Shown piece after piece: positions 27,594 to 35,855 of a DNA stretch of 50,042 nt. Both the position numbers and the translations under genes were made by a program. The notes under the pieces were generated by a model, which was not told where the DNA came from, did not search any database, and saw nothing but the letters and a program-made list of their open reading frames with translations. The stretch covers positions 1 to 50,042 of the forward strand of contig JAGWLG010000028.1 of assembly GCA_028864975.1 (NCBI GenBank), read 5' to 3'. How positions within the stretch are numbered: the first letter of the stretch is position 1; every line of letters begins with the position of its first letter. Origin of the DNA: Thermoplasmata archaeon. Its GTDB lineage: Archaea > Thermoplasmatota > Thermoplasmata > Lutacidiplasmatales > UBA184.

Positions 27594-28040
27594 TCAGTGG
27601 GGATGGAGGTGGCCCGTCCGTCCCCCCGCGACCTGGGGGGCGCCCACGACGAACTCTCCCAAGGCCACGCCCTTGACCCCTCGGAGGTCCTGCACGGCCG
27701 CCTGGATCTCCCGACCCCGTCCCATCAGGACCAGGACCTCCATGCAGGCCTCCCCCTGCAGGTGGACGTGGAGGGAGGAACGGATGTGCTCGCCCCACCG
27801 GTGCTCGGCGGCCGCGAGGCGCTCCAGGAGTCTCGGCGAACGGTGACGGTAAAGGAGCGTGAGGGTCGCGACCGCCTCGGCGTCCGGGTCCTCGAGGGTC
27901 TTCCCGGAGAGCTCCTGGCGGATCAGGGCTCGGAGCGCTTCGGACCGACTGGGGGAGTTCCGTTGACGCACCCACCGGTCCAGGGCCGAGAGGAGCTCGG
28001 GCTCGAGGGAGACCCCGAGCCGCACCACCCCTGCGGGCAT
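27594..28040 (-). CDS. nikR: Nickel-responsive regulator NikR
   Basis: RHH N-terminus (GVSLEPELL...SRSEALRALIR) and Ni-site pattern LLYRH...HVHL...CMEV. Start is ATG 28040, inside the longer ORF-track frame. Confidence 0.9.
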   Translation of the reverse strand: MPAGVVRLGVSLEPELLSALDRWVRQRNSPSRSEALRALIRQELSGKTLEDPDAEAVATLTLLYRHRSPRLLERLAAAEHRWGEHIRSSLHVHLQGEACMEVLVLMGRGREIQAAVQDLRGVKGVALGEFVVGAPQVAGGRTGHLHPH

Positions 28041-28042
28041 GG

Positions 28043-29149
28043 TCAGGCCACCTCGCGTTCGGGGCGGGGTTCCGGTGAAGGAGGCGCTCCTCCGAGCCCG
28101 GTCCGCTCGTAGCCCTTGATGCGATAGAGGGCGATCGCCACGAGCCAGGAGGCCACGAAGAGGGTGATGATCGCGAGGCCTAGGAGCTCGAAGACGGCGT
28201 CCGAGTTGACGAGGTTGAGGGAGCTCCAGATCCCTCCGCGCAGCCCGAGCTCGGTCGAGACCACGGCGAGCAGCTCGAGCCCTCCGATCGCAAAGGCCAC
28301 AAGGACCGAGATGACCGTCAGGGTGAGGTTGTAGTAGATCTTCCGGACCGGCTTCAAGAACGCCCATCCGTACGCGACGCGCATCGCGACCGCGTCGGAG
28401 GTGTCGACGAGGACCATCCCACAGGTGAACATCACGGGGAGGAGGAGGACGTCGAGCAGCGGCACGCCCTCTCCCTTGGCCCCCAGGGCGAGCGCTAGGA
28501 ATCCCACCTGGGAGGCGGTGTCGAAGCCCAGGCCGAAGAGGACCCCGACCGGATAGATCTGCCAGGGCTTCGAGACGAGGCGGAAGAGCGAGCCCATGTA
28601 GCGGTTCATGAACCCCCGCTTGGCCAGCGTCGCCTCGAGCCCCCGCTCGTCGAGCTCCCCCGTCCGTACCCGCCGGAAGATCCGGTAGACCTCCCGCGCG
28701 ATCACGACGTTGATGAGCCCGATCAGGAAGAGGAAGCAACCGGAGACCAGGGTCCCCGCGACGCCCCCGAACTGACGGAAGGCGGGGTCCCAGGAATAGA
28801 GGGCATCGGCGGTCGCGACGAGGGCGACCAGGAACCCGACGACGATCGTGGAGTGGCCCAAGGAGAACCAGGTGCCGACGGTGAGCGGGCGCTTCTCTTC
28901 CTGGAGGAGCTTCCTCGTCGTGTTGTCGATGGCGACGATGTGGTCGGCGTCGACCCCGTGCTGAAGACCGAAGACGTAGGCCGCGATCGCGAGCGCGCCC
29001 AGGATGGGGTAGGCGAATCCCAGGACGAACGTCGCGACGAACGCCGCCCCGGTCGCACCCAGGATGCCCGCGTAGAGCGCGACGACCTTGGCCTTCTCCC
29101 GAGGGGTCAGGCCGAGCCGGTCGCCGGTCGAAGGCGTCCCCCCGTTCAT
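28043..29149 (-). CDS. NiCoT-family (HoxN/HupN/NixA) high-affinity Ni/Co permease
   Basis: HGVDADHIVAIDN, FSLGHSTIV, LFGLGFDTAS, GMVLVDTSD; about 8 TM segments. Start placed at ATG 29149. Confidence 0.95.
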   Translation of the reverse strand: MNGGTPSTGDRLGLTPREKAKVVALYAGILGATGAAFVATFVLGFAYPILGALAIAAYVFGLQHGVDADHIVAIDNTTRKLLQEEKRPLTVGTWFSLGHSTIVVGFLVALVATADALYSWDPAFRQFGGVAGTLVSGCFLFLIGLINVVIAREVYRIFRRVRTGELDERGLEATLAKRGFMNRYMGSLFRLVSKPWQIYPVGVLFGLGFDTASQVGFLALALGAKGEGVPLLDVLLLPVMFTCGMVLVDTSDAVAMRVAYGWAFLKPVRKIYYNLTLTVISVLVAFAIGGLELLAVVSTELGLRGGIWSSLNLVNSDAVFELLGLAIITLFVASWLVAIALYRIKGYERTGLGGAPPSPEPRPEREVA

Positions 29150-29303
29150 CGGGAGGGCCAGGGCGGCGACGGTATTTACCTTATGTCGTCCCACGAAAAT
29201 CGTGCCACTGATGAGCCCGAACCGGTCGGGTCGGGGAAAACAGGAGAGGCATCGACTTTCGAAGGATGCCCGACGATTTATTTCCTAGGTAGGCGCTCAT
29301 TAC

Positions 29304-32300
29304 TTGCACGTAGGGGGAACGTTCGCATTGTCAACGGTCAGCATCCCGAGAGAAGTTCGAGCCTCGACCCTCCTGGCCCTCGCCGTCCTCGGAGCCTTGC
29401 TCCTCTCGGCGGCCCCCTCCGCAGGGCACGCGACCTCTGCAGAGGCGGCGCCGGTGGCCCATCTGGCGCCATCTTCGTGGGCGGAGCTGCGGGGACTGGC
29501 GGGAGCCTCCCCGACGCCCTCCGCCTTCGGGGCGGCCGCCTCCCCCGAACGGATCTCGCTCCCCTCGGTCCAGGTCTGGTTCGTGATCGAGACCACCCTC
29601 TACGACGGGGTCTATGACCCCAGCGCGGGCGACGTCGGGCGCAGCACCTGCACCGGCCCGTGCAACGAGTCGAACGGCGTGCCGTACTTCATCCAGAACG
29701 CAGGGCGCGTGGCCACGGTCCTTCAAGCGCTCCATCCCGGGCTCTCGCTGAGCTTTGGGCTGGTCGACTACTTCTCGACGAGCAACAGCGGTGCGGCGTG
29801 CGGGGGGACCACGTTCGCGGGCGACCACGACGATGGGGACGGCTGCTCCTTCCACGTGGACATCGCGACCCCTACGGCCGCGTCGAACTTCGGGGCCCAG
29901 GTCGTCGCCACGTTCCAGGCGACGCAGCTCGGCGGAGGCTATGTCCTCGGGGACACGGACTACTCGGACAACATGTTGACCTCTTCCTCGACCGCGTCGC
30001 TCTATGCCCTCCAGGAGAACTTCACCGGATCGTGGGGTCTCGCCCCCTACCATGTCGTCGCCTGGATGGGTTCCACGGCGCCCCGCGACCTCCAGTACCC
30101 CGAGAACTATGTGGCCAGCCAGAGCGACTGGACCACCGGCTGGGGAAGCACCTGCGAGCCCTCGCTCTTCCCGGGAGAGCCGACGTGCGAGGCTTGGCTC
30201 ACGACCCACCTGTCCGTGGGTCAGATCGCCCAACGCAACGGAACGATCCTCAACATGATCGACCTCGCCGCGGGGACGACGAACGCCTCCAGCGGGGACT
30301 ATCAGGTGGCGTCCACGGCGCTCAAGGACACGGCGCGGAACGACTCCTCGCGCATCCTTCGGGCCGGGTGCGAGATGGCGGTCGGGACCGGGGGGATCTG
30401 GGAGGGCCCGCGAGGCTACAACTGCACCGCCGCCCTGGGGACCTCGGGGCAAGGGAACCTGACCTGCCAGGTGGGCTCCTCGTGCTTCCTCTCGGCGAAC
30501 TCCACCAACCCCAACCGCGGCTGGTACTCGAACCCCGCGCTCGGGTTCGCTCTTACCCACCTCCACTTCCCCACGACGACGACGGCGCCCAACCCGCTGG
30601 GAGCCATCCTCGTGGCCTCCCCCTCGCAGATCCAGCTCGGACAGAGCACGACGCTCTCGGTCGTGGGGTCCGCGGGCTCGCCCCCCTACACCGAGAACTA
30701 CCTCGTGCTACCCCCGGGTTGCGTCTCGGCCAACAGCACCAGCCTCGCCTGTACGCCAACGATGGCGGGGAACTACACGCTGCTCGTCAACGTCTCCGAC
30801 ACGCGAGGGCAGCACGCGAACGCCACGACCCTTCTGATGGTCTCCACCAGCCCGCCTCTCGCCGCGTCCGATTCGGGGCACCCCCTCCGTGGCCCCGCGC
30901 CCCTCTCCGTGTACTTCTTCGCGAACGCCACGGGGGGGTACGCTCCGTACGTTTGGAGCTGGACCTTCGGCAACGGCGGCACATCGGCCCTGCAGAACCC
31001 GCTGTACGTCTACAATGCGGCGGGGAACTACTCCGCCCAGGTCGTCGTGACCGACAACAACGGCGCGCAGCTCGCTGCAGGTACCATCACGGTCCAGGTG
31101 CTTCCTCCGCTCACGGCCACGATGACCGCCACGCCCACCTCGGGTCCTGTGTGGCTGCATGTGAACTTCACCTCGACGGCCGCAGGCGGCACCGGGCCCT
31201 ACACGTACTTCTGGTCGTTCGGGGACGGGAACTCGACTCGGGGGGTCGCGGCCACCTCCCACGTCTACGAGCAGCAAGGGACGTTCCTCTCCTCCCTCAC
31301 CGTGAACGACAGCACCGGGGCCACCCTCACGACCTCGAGCTGGATCAGCGTCCTGCCGCCCCCGATCCTGGTCGCTGCGGCGGGTTCTCCGAACGGATCG
31401 GTCGCTCCGGTGAACGTGACCTTCAACGGGACCGCCTCCGGCGGCTCGGCCCCCTACACGTTCTCTTGGTACTTCGGCGACGGGACCTACGGGACCGGCC
31501 GGAACCCTTGGCACGTCTACGTGACCGGGGGGAACTTCACGGTCACGCTGACCGTAACGGACAGCACCTTCAGGTCGGGCACGAAGTCCTTCCTCCTTAC
31601 CGTTCTGGCCCCTCCCCCGCTCCAGGTCGCGGACAGTGCGACGCCGCTCTCCGGGGTCGCGCCGCTGGTGGTGCAGTTCCAGGGGACCGCCATCCAGGGG
31701 GCGCCGCCGTACTCCTACTTCTGGACCTTCGGCGATGGTTCGACCTCCACCTTGGCGTCGCCGTCCCACGTCTACCTCACGGTGGGGACCTATGTGGCGA
31801 GGTTCTCGGTCTCCGATGCGGCGGGGACCCTGGTCGTGGGCAACGCGATCTCCCTCACGGTCTCCGCCGGAGGGACGGCCCTGCGCGCCGCGGCCGCGGT
31901 GAACCCCTCCAGCGGCACGGCCCCGCTCTGGGTGAACTTCACCGGGGCGGCGGGCGGAGGCACGATCCCGTACTACTGGAGCTGGAACTTCGGTGACGGG
32001 TCCCTCCCCGTGAGCGTCGCCTCGCCGGCCCACCTCTACTCCACCCCGGGAACGTTCCATGCGGTGCTGACGGTGAGCGATAGCGCCGGCCATTCCGCCA
32101 ACGCTTCGGCGTGGGTGAACGTTTCGGGCGGAGGGACCCCGCTCTCCGTCACGCTCACCGCCAACCCCTCCGTGATCAACCTCGGCAACTCGACCACCCT
32201 GTCGGTCTCGCTCGCGGGCGGGAGGGCCCCCTACCAGTTCGCCTGGAGCGGTCTGCCGACCGGGTGCGTTGCCGGCGGAGGGATGATCTTCTCTTGCAAG

Positions 32301-32828
32301 CCGACCGTCGCGGGGACCTTCACGGTCACCGTCGCCGTGTCCGATGCCTCGGGCACGATCCAGACCCAGAGCGCCGCGCTCGTGGTCCGAGGTCCGACGG
32401 GCGGGGGCCCCGGATCGAACTCGTCCAGCACGCCCCTCCCGCTGTTGGAACTGGGGGTGCTCGTGCTGGTGGCCCTCGCCGCGATCGTCCTCGTCGCACT
32501 CTTGATGCGGAGACGGTCGAAGTCCGCGCAGCTGGGGGGCCCAGCCCCGCCCCCACCCTCGCAGACGGGCTGGACGAGCGCTTCTGCCGCAGGAGCTGGC
32601 GCTTTCAGCTATCCACCACCACCCTCCCTGGAGCCCCCGCCGCCCCCTCCGCCTTCCTCCCCGTCGCCTGCCCCGCCGCCGCTCTCTTCCGAGCCTGAAG
32701 CAACGTCCGAGAGCGGTGCAGAGGAGTCCCCGGCCGAGCCGTCCTCGTCGGAAAGCGACCAGGGGACCTCCTCCCCTGCCTCCTTCGAGGAACTGGGGAA
32801 CGAGCCGGCGGGCGACCCGCCCAGCTGA
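29304..32828 (+). CDS. Large surface protein: divergent vWA-like domain + Ig-like + 5 PKD + Ig-like + TM + Pro/Ser/Glu tail
   Basis: Signal peptide; domain paralogous to 2503-4737 (ETT.YDGVYD, DHDDGDG, WMGS..PRD, NPALG); five W.FG[DN]G PKD repeats; TM LLELGVLVLVALAAIVLVALLM then RRRSK. Start uncertain (TTG 29304 or 29328). Confidence 0.85.
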   Translation: MHVGGTFALSTVSIPREVRASTLLALAVLGALLLSAAPSAGHATSAEAAPVAHLAPSSWAELRGLAGASPTPSAFGAAASPERISLPSVQVWFVIETTLYDGVYDPSAGDVGRSTCTGPCNESNGVPYFIQNAGRVATVLQALHPGLSLSFGLVDYFSTSNSGAACGGTTFAGDHDDGDGCSFHVDIATPTAASNFGAQVVATFQATQLGGGYVLGDTDYSDNMLTSSSTASLYALQENFTGSWGLAPYHVVAWMGSTAPRDLQYPENYVASQSDWTTGWGSTCEPSLFPGEPTCEAWLTTHLSVGQIAQRNGTILNMIDLAAGTTNASSGDYQVASTALKDTARNDSSRILRAGCEMAVGTGGIWEGPRGYNCTAALGTSGQGNLTCQVGSSCFLSANSTNPNRGWYSNPALGFALTHLHFPTTTTAPNPLGAILVASPSQIQLGQSTTLSVVGSAGSPPYTENYLVLPPGCVSANSTSLACTPTMAGNYTLLVNVSDTRGQHANATTLLMVSTSPPLAASDSGHPLRGPAPLSVYFFANATGGYAPYVWSWTFGNGGTSALQNPLYVYNAAGNYSAQVVVTDNNGAQLAAGTITVQVLPPLTATMTATPTSGPVWLHVNFTSTAAGGTGPYTYFWSFGDGNSTRGVAATSHVYEQQGTFLSSLTVNDSTGATLTTSSWISVLPPPILVAAAGSPNGSVAPVNVTFNGTASGGSAPYTFSWYFGDGTYGTGRNPWHVYVTGGNFTVTLTVTDSTFRSGTKSFLLTVLAPPPLQVADSATPLSGVAPLVVQFQGTAIQGAPPYSYFWTFGDGSTSTLASPSHVYLTVGTYVARFSVSDAAGTLVVGNAISLTVSAGGTALRAAAAVNPSSGTAPLWVNFTGAAGGGTIPYYWSWNFGDGSLPVSVASPAHLYSTPGTFHAVLTVSDSAGHSANASAWVNVSGGGTPLSVTLTANPSVINLGNSTTLSVSLAGGRAPYQFAWSGLPTGCVAGGGMIFSCKPTVAGTFTVTVAVSDASGTIQTQSAALVVRGPTGGGPGSNSSSTPLPLLELGVLVLVALAAIVLVALLMRRRSKSAQLGGPAPPPPSQTGWTSASAAGAGAFSYPPPPSLEPPPPPPPSSPSPAPPPLSSEPEATSESGAEESPAEPSSSESDQGTSSPASFEELGNEPAGDPPS

Positions 32829-32872
32829 ATCGGGGCGGGGGACGGGAGCGAGGGGGGCCAGTCAGGGCCCGC

Positions 32873-33532
32873 TCACGTCCGGTAGCTTTCCTTCGCTTCG
32901 GTGGCGCCCTTCGGGTAGTCGGCCCTCAGGTGCCGGTAGAGCTCCTGGGGGTCCTTCTTCAGGTGGCTCTTGTACCAGGTGAGCACCACGTCCTTCAGGA
33001 TGTGGTGGACCTGCTGGACCCCGACGTTCTCCAGCGGCTCGTCCATGAGGACGGCCTGGGTGATGACACGCATCCAGCCGGTGTACTTGTGGTAGGTCTC
33101 GCCCTCGCACCACTCGAAGATCATCCGCAGGTGGGTCTTCCCCTCGGGGGTGGCGTAGTACCAGGCCTTGAGCGCCGAGCCGAGCCACCCCGGGGTCCGG
33201 TCCTTGAGCTCGACCGCCTTCACGGAGGTGAAGTCGAAGCTCTCCTTGAACGCCCACTTGTAGGGGAACTCGGTGAAGGTCGCGAACAGGGTCTGGGAGG
33301 GCTCGATGGTGAGGTGGACCGACAGGTCCTCGAAGAGGTTGTGGACCTCCCAGAAGTCCTGGAGGAGCCGTCGGTTGAGCGCGCTCCGACGGGAGGGGTC
33401 CTCCACCGACTTGGTGGTGAGCTGCTTCTTCGCCTGGACGATCTCCGTCCGGAGGGAGGCCAGGAAGTCGTCCTCGGGCAAGGCCACAGCGGTCGCGGCG
33501 GCGGCGTTCGGGTCGTCCTCGTCCGGGGGCAT
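32873..33532 (-). CDS. Hypothetical soluble protein
   Basis: Protein-like composition and G/C-ending codons; purine-rich SD-like sequence before ATG 33532; no motif recognised. Confidence 0.75.
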   Translation of the reverse strand: MPPDEDDPNAAAATAVALPEDDFLASLRTEIVQAKKQLTTKSVEDPSRRSALNRRLLQDFWEVHNLFEDLSVHLTIEPSQTLFATFTEFPYKWAFKESFDFTSVKAVELKDRTPGWLGSALKAWYYATPEGKTHLRMIFEWCEGETYHKYTGWMRVITQAVLMDEPLENVGVQQVHHILKDVVLTWYKSHLKKDPQELYRHLRADYPKGATEAKESYRT

Positions 33533-33868
33533 AGGGGGGTTCCTCTCTTCCTTCCGAGCTCTTCCGCGGGGCATGCGAGAACCTGGAGCGCGGCCACCTA
33601 CTTACGGGGGGTAGATGCCCCTTTCGGGCGTGGCCCGGCCCGTGAGAATGCCAAGGATCGTCGCACGACCGAGGTAGGACGTGGGGCGCGCGTGCCGAGA
33701 AATGCGGCAGCACGGGGGCTGCACCCGTGTGGGGTCCAGGCGGGCGTGTAGGGTGCGCGCCCTCCTCCACCTCGGTCCCCCAAGGACCGCGGGCCTTGGT
33801 CCCAGGTCTGGGACCCACGCGAGGGATTCGTCGCCTCGGTCTTTGACCCACGGCCTCACCGCCCCCGC

Positions 33869-34567
33869 ATGGTCGACATGCCGGAACCTGACCGTAAGGA
33901 GTCTCCCGAGACGGTGCCCCGGGCGAGGACCTCTCCCCGACCCTCCCGTCAGGACCTCCTGCTGAGCCATCTCACCGTCACCATCGTCGTGGCGCTGGTC
34001 GCGTGGTTCGCCTTCGCGATGGTGACCGGGGTGCCCGTGGGGCTCGGGAAGGGTAACTCCCCACCCGCTCCCTCCGGTGGGGGCACGGACTACGTCTACC
34101 TCCAGATCAAGGGGGGCTGCGCGTGGTGCAGCGCCCCGTACAATGCGAGCGACCAGTACACCCCGGCGAACTTCACGGTCCCCTCCCACACGTTGATCGT
34201 CCTGACCATCACGAACTATGACAACGGGCTCAACCAGGTGCCGTCGACCGCGACCCAGGTGAGCGGGGTGCTGGGGGATCTCGAGTACCAGGGCGCAGCT
34301 CCCCCCACCTCCTGGGGACAGCCCGCGTCGTCCGTCGATGCGGGGAGCATGTCGCACACCTTTACGGTACTGTCGGGGAGCTACTCCGGTCTTCCGAACG
34401 GGCTCAACGTGCCGGTCCCGGCCTCGGCGGGGCCGGACGGCACGTCCGTGACGGTCAAGTTCTTCCTGAACGAGACCGGGACCGTCTCCTGGCTCTGCCT
34501 TGCTCCCTGCGACCAGTGGTCCATGGGGACCGGGGGCTTCATGAGCGGCACCGTGACCGTGGTTTGA
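33869..34567 (+). CDS. Membrane-anchored cupredoxin-fold (sulfocyanin/CoxII-like) protein with atypical ligand loop
   Basis: N-terminal TM, YTPANFTVPSHTLIVLTITNYD, SHTFTV (H163), C-terminal WLCLAPCDQWSMGTGGFMSGTVTVV. Confidence 0.65.
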   Translation: MVDMPEPDRKESPETVPRARTSPRPSRQDLLLSHLTVTIVVALVAWFAFAMVTGVPVGLGKGNSPPAPSGGGTDYVYLQIKGGCAWCSAPYNASDQYTPANFTVPSHTLIVLTITNYDNGLNQVPSTATQVSGVLGDLEYQGAAPPTSWGQPASSVDAGSMSHTFTVLSGSYSGLPNGLNVPVPASAGPDGTSVTVKFFLNETGTVSWLCLAPCDQWSMGTGGFMSGTVTVV

Positions 34568-34604
34568 CCATCGCCCTCGGAGCTCTGGGGGAGGACCGAG
34601 CGCG

Positions 34605-35039
34605 ATGCGGTCGATGGCAGAGGGAGCCTCGGTCCGGGCGCTCGCTGCGGCATGGGCCCTGGTGGGACTTCTCCTGCTCGCCCCCGTCGCGTTGGGGAGC
34701 GCCTCGTTCCGGCCGGTGCCTGTCGGTGGAGGGCTCGGCTCGGGGCCCGCCGCCTCCCTCCCCGCCCTCAACCAGAGCAACGCCAGCGCGTGGGGCATCT
34801 CCTGCGCTCCGGTCGTTCTTGGCGGACTTTCCATGACCTGTGTCGCCTTCCTGAACTTGACCGAGCTCCTCCTGCTCTTCATCACCCTCGCCATCGTCGT
34901 CTACGTCTACCGTGGGGCACGCCACGCCGAGCTCCCCGGTGACGCGGTCGACTTCGATGTTCGCACGGAGCGCCCGTTCCCGATCCCGCGCCAGGAGGAG
35001 AAAGCGGAGCCCTCCGCAGACCCTGAGGAGGAGCCATGA
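34605..35039 (+). CDS. Small two-TM membrane protein, probable accessory subunit of the Rieske/cytochrome b operon
   Basis: Two hydrophobic segments; ATGA overlap with the Rieske gene. Confidence 0.65.
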   Translation: MRSMAEGASVRALAAAWALVGLLLLAPVALGSASFRPVPVGGGLGSGPAASLPALNQSNASAWGISCAPVVLGGLSMTCVAFLNLTELLLLFITLAIVVYVYRGARHAELPGDAVDFDVRTERPFPIPRQEEKAEPSADPEEEP

Positions 35040-35845
35040 TCTTCGAGGACGCCCGCGACGCGGAGCGGCTCTTCGAGCTCAGGATCGCTGCGTGGCTACC
35101 GCTCTGCCGACCCACCGCCCCGGGAGTGGTCCGTCGCGTGGTGCCCCTCGACCTTGACGACCCCCAGGACCGGGCCCAAGTGGACGAGGCCAAGCGGTCG
35201 ACGCTCAAGCTGCTCGCGGTGGGCGGGATCACGGCCCTCGCCGGGGGGGGACTGGGTGGGCTCCTGCGCTTCGCGCAGCCTCCTCCCGCGGGGGTCTCCT
35301 CCTACCCGAAGGTCCAGCTCATGATGGAGGACGGGAGCCCGCTCAAGGCCTCGAGCTACCCCTACGGGCCGAACGACGTGAACATCCACGCGTTCAACTA
35401 TCCCCTCACGAACGAACCGAACCTCCTGCTGGACCTTCCCGGCCCGGCCCCCAACGGCGTGGGACCGAACCGTTCCCTCGTCGCGTACTCGGCCATCTGC
35501 CAGCACTTGGGGTGCGTGCCTCCGTACGTGTCCTACTACGCTCCGGGCCAGTGCGGGTCCTACAACGGAGGGAAGGCGATCCTCCACTGCGTCTGCCACG
35601 GCTCCAGTTACGACCCGGCGGTGGCCGCCTCTGGGGGCGGGGCCTCGATCCTCTCGGGCCCCACCGTGAGCCCGTTGCCGCAGGTGATCCTGCAGTGGGA
35701 GCAGAGCACAGACGAGGTCTACGCTGTCTCGATGACCGGCCCACCGGTCAAGGGCCACACGAACACCCTCGTCGGGGGGACCTCCGTGGGATCCACGATC
35801 GGGGTCCAGCCTGCCCAGACCCCGACGCAGGTCTGCCCTTCGTGA
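35036..35845 (+). CDS. Rieske 2Fe-2S protein (SoxL/SoxF-like)
   Basis: CQHLGC and CVCHGSSY boxes; Tat-like AKRSTLKLL followed by a TM segment. Confidence 0.93.
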   Translation: MIFEDARDAERLFELRIAAWLPLCRPTAPGVVRRVVPLDLDDPQDRAQVDEAKRSTLKLLAVGGITALAGGGLGGLLRFAQPPPAGVSSYPKVQLMMEDGSPLKASSYPYGPNDVNIHAFNYPLTNEPNLLLDLPGPAPNGVGPNRSLVAYSAICQHLGCVPPYVSYYAPGQCGSYNGGKAILHCVCHGSSYDPAVAASGGGASILSGPTVSPLPQVILQWEQSTDEVYAVSMTGPPVKGHTNTLVGGTSVGSTIGVQPAQTPTQVCPS

Positions 35846-35855
35846 GGAACGAAAG

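Noticed and set aside
33684-33762. Second tRNA gene (acceptor-like stem identical to tRNA-Val)
   Set aside because: No TTC T-loop, no D-loop GG and wrong arm order on either strand. Kept only as a low-interest structure.
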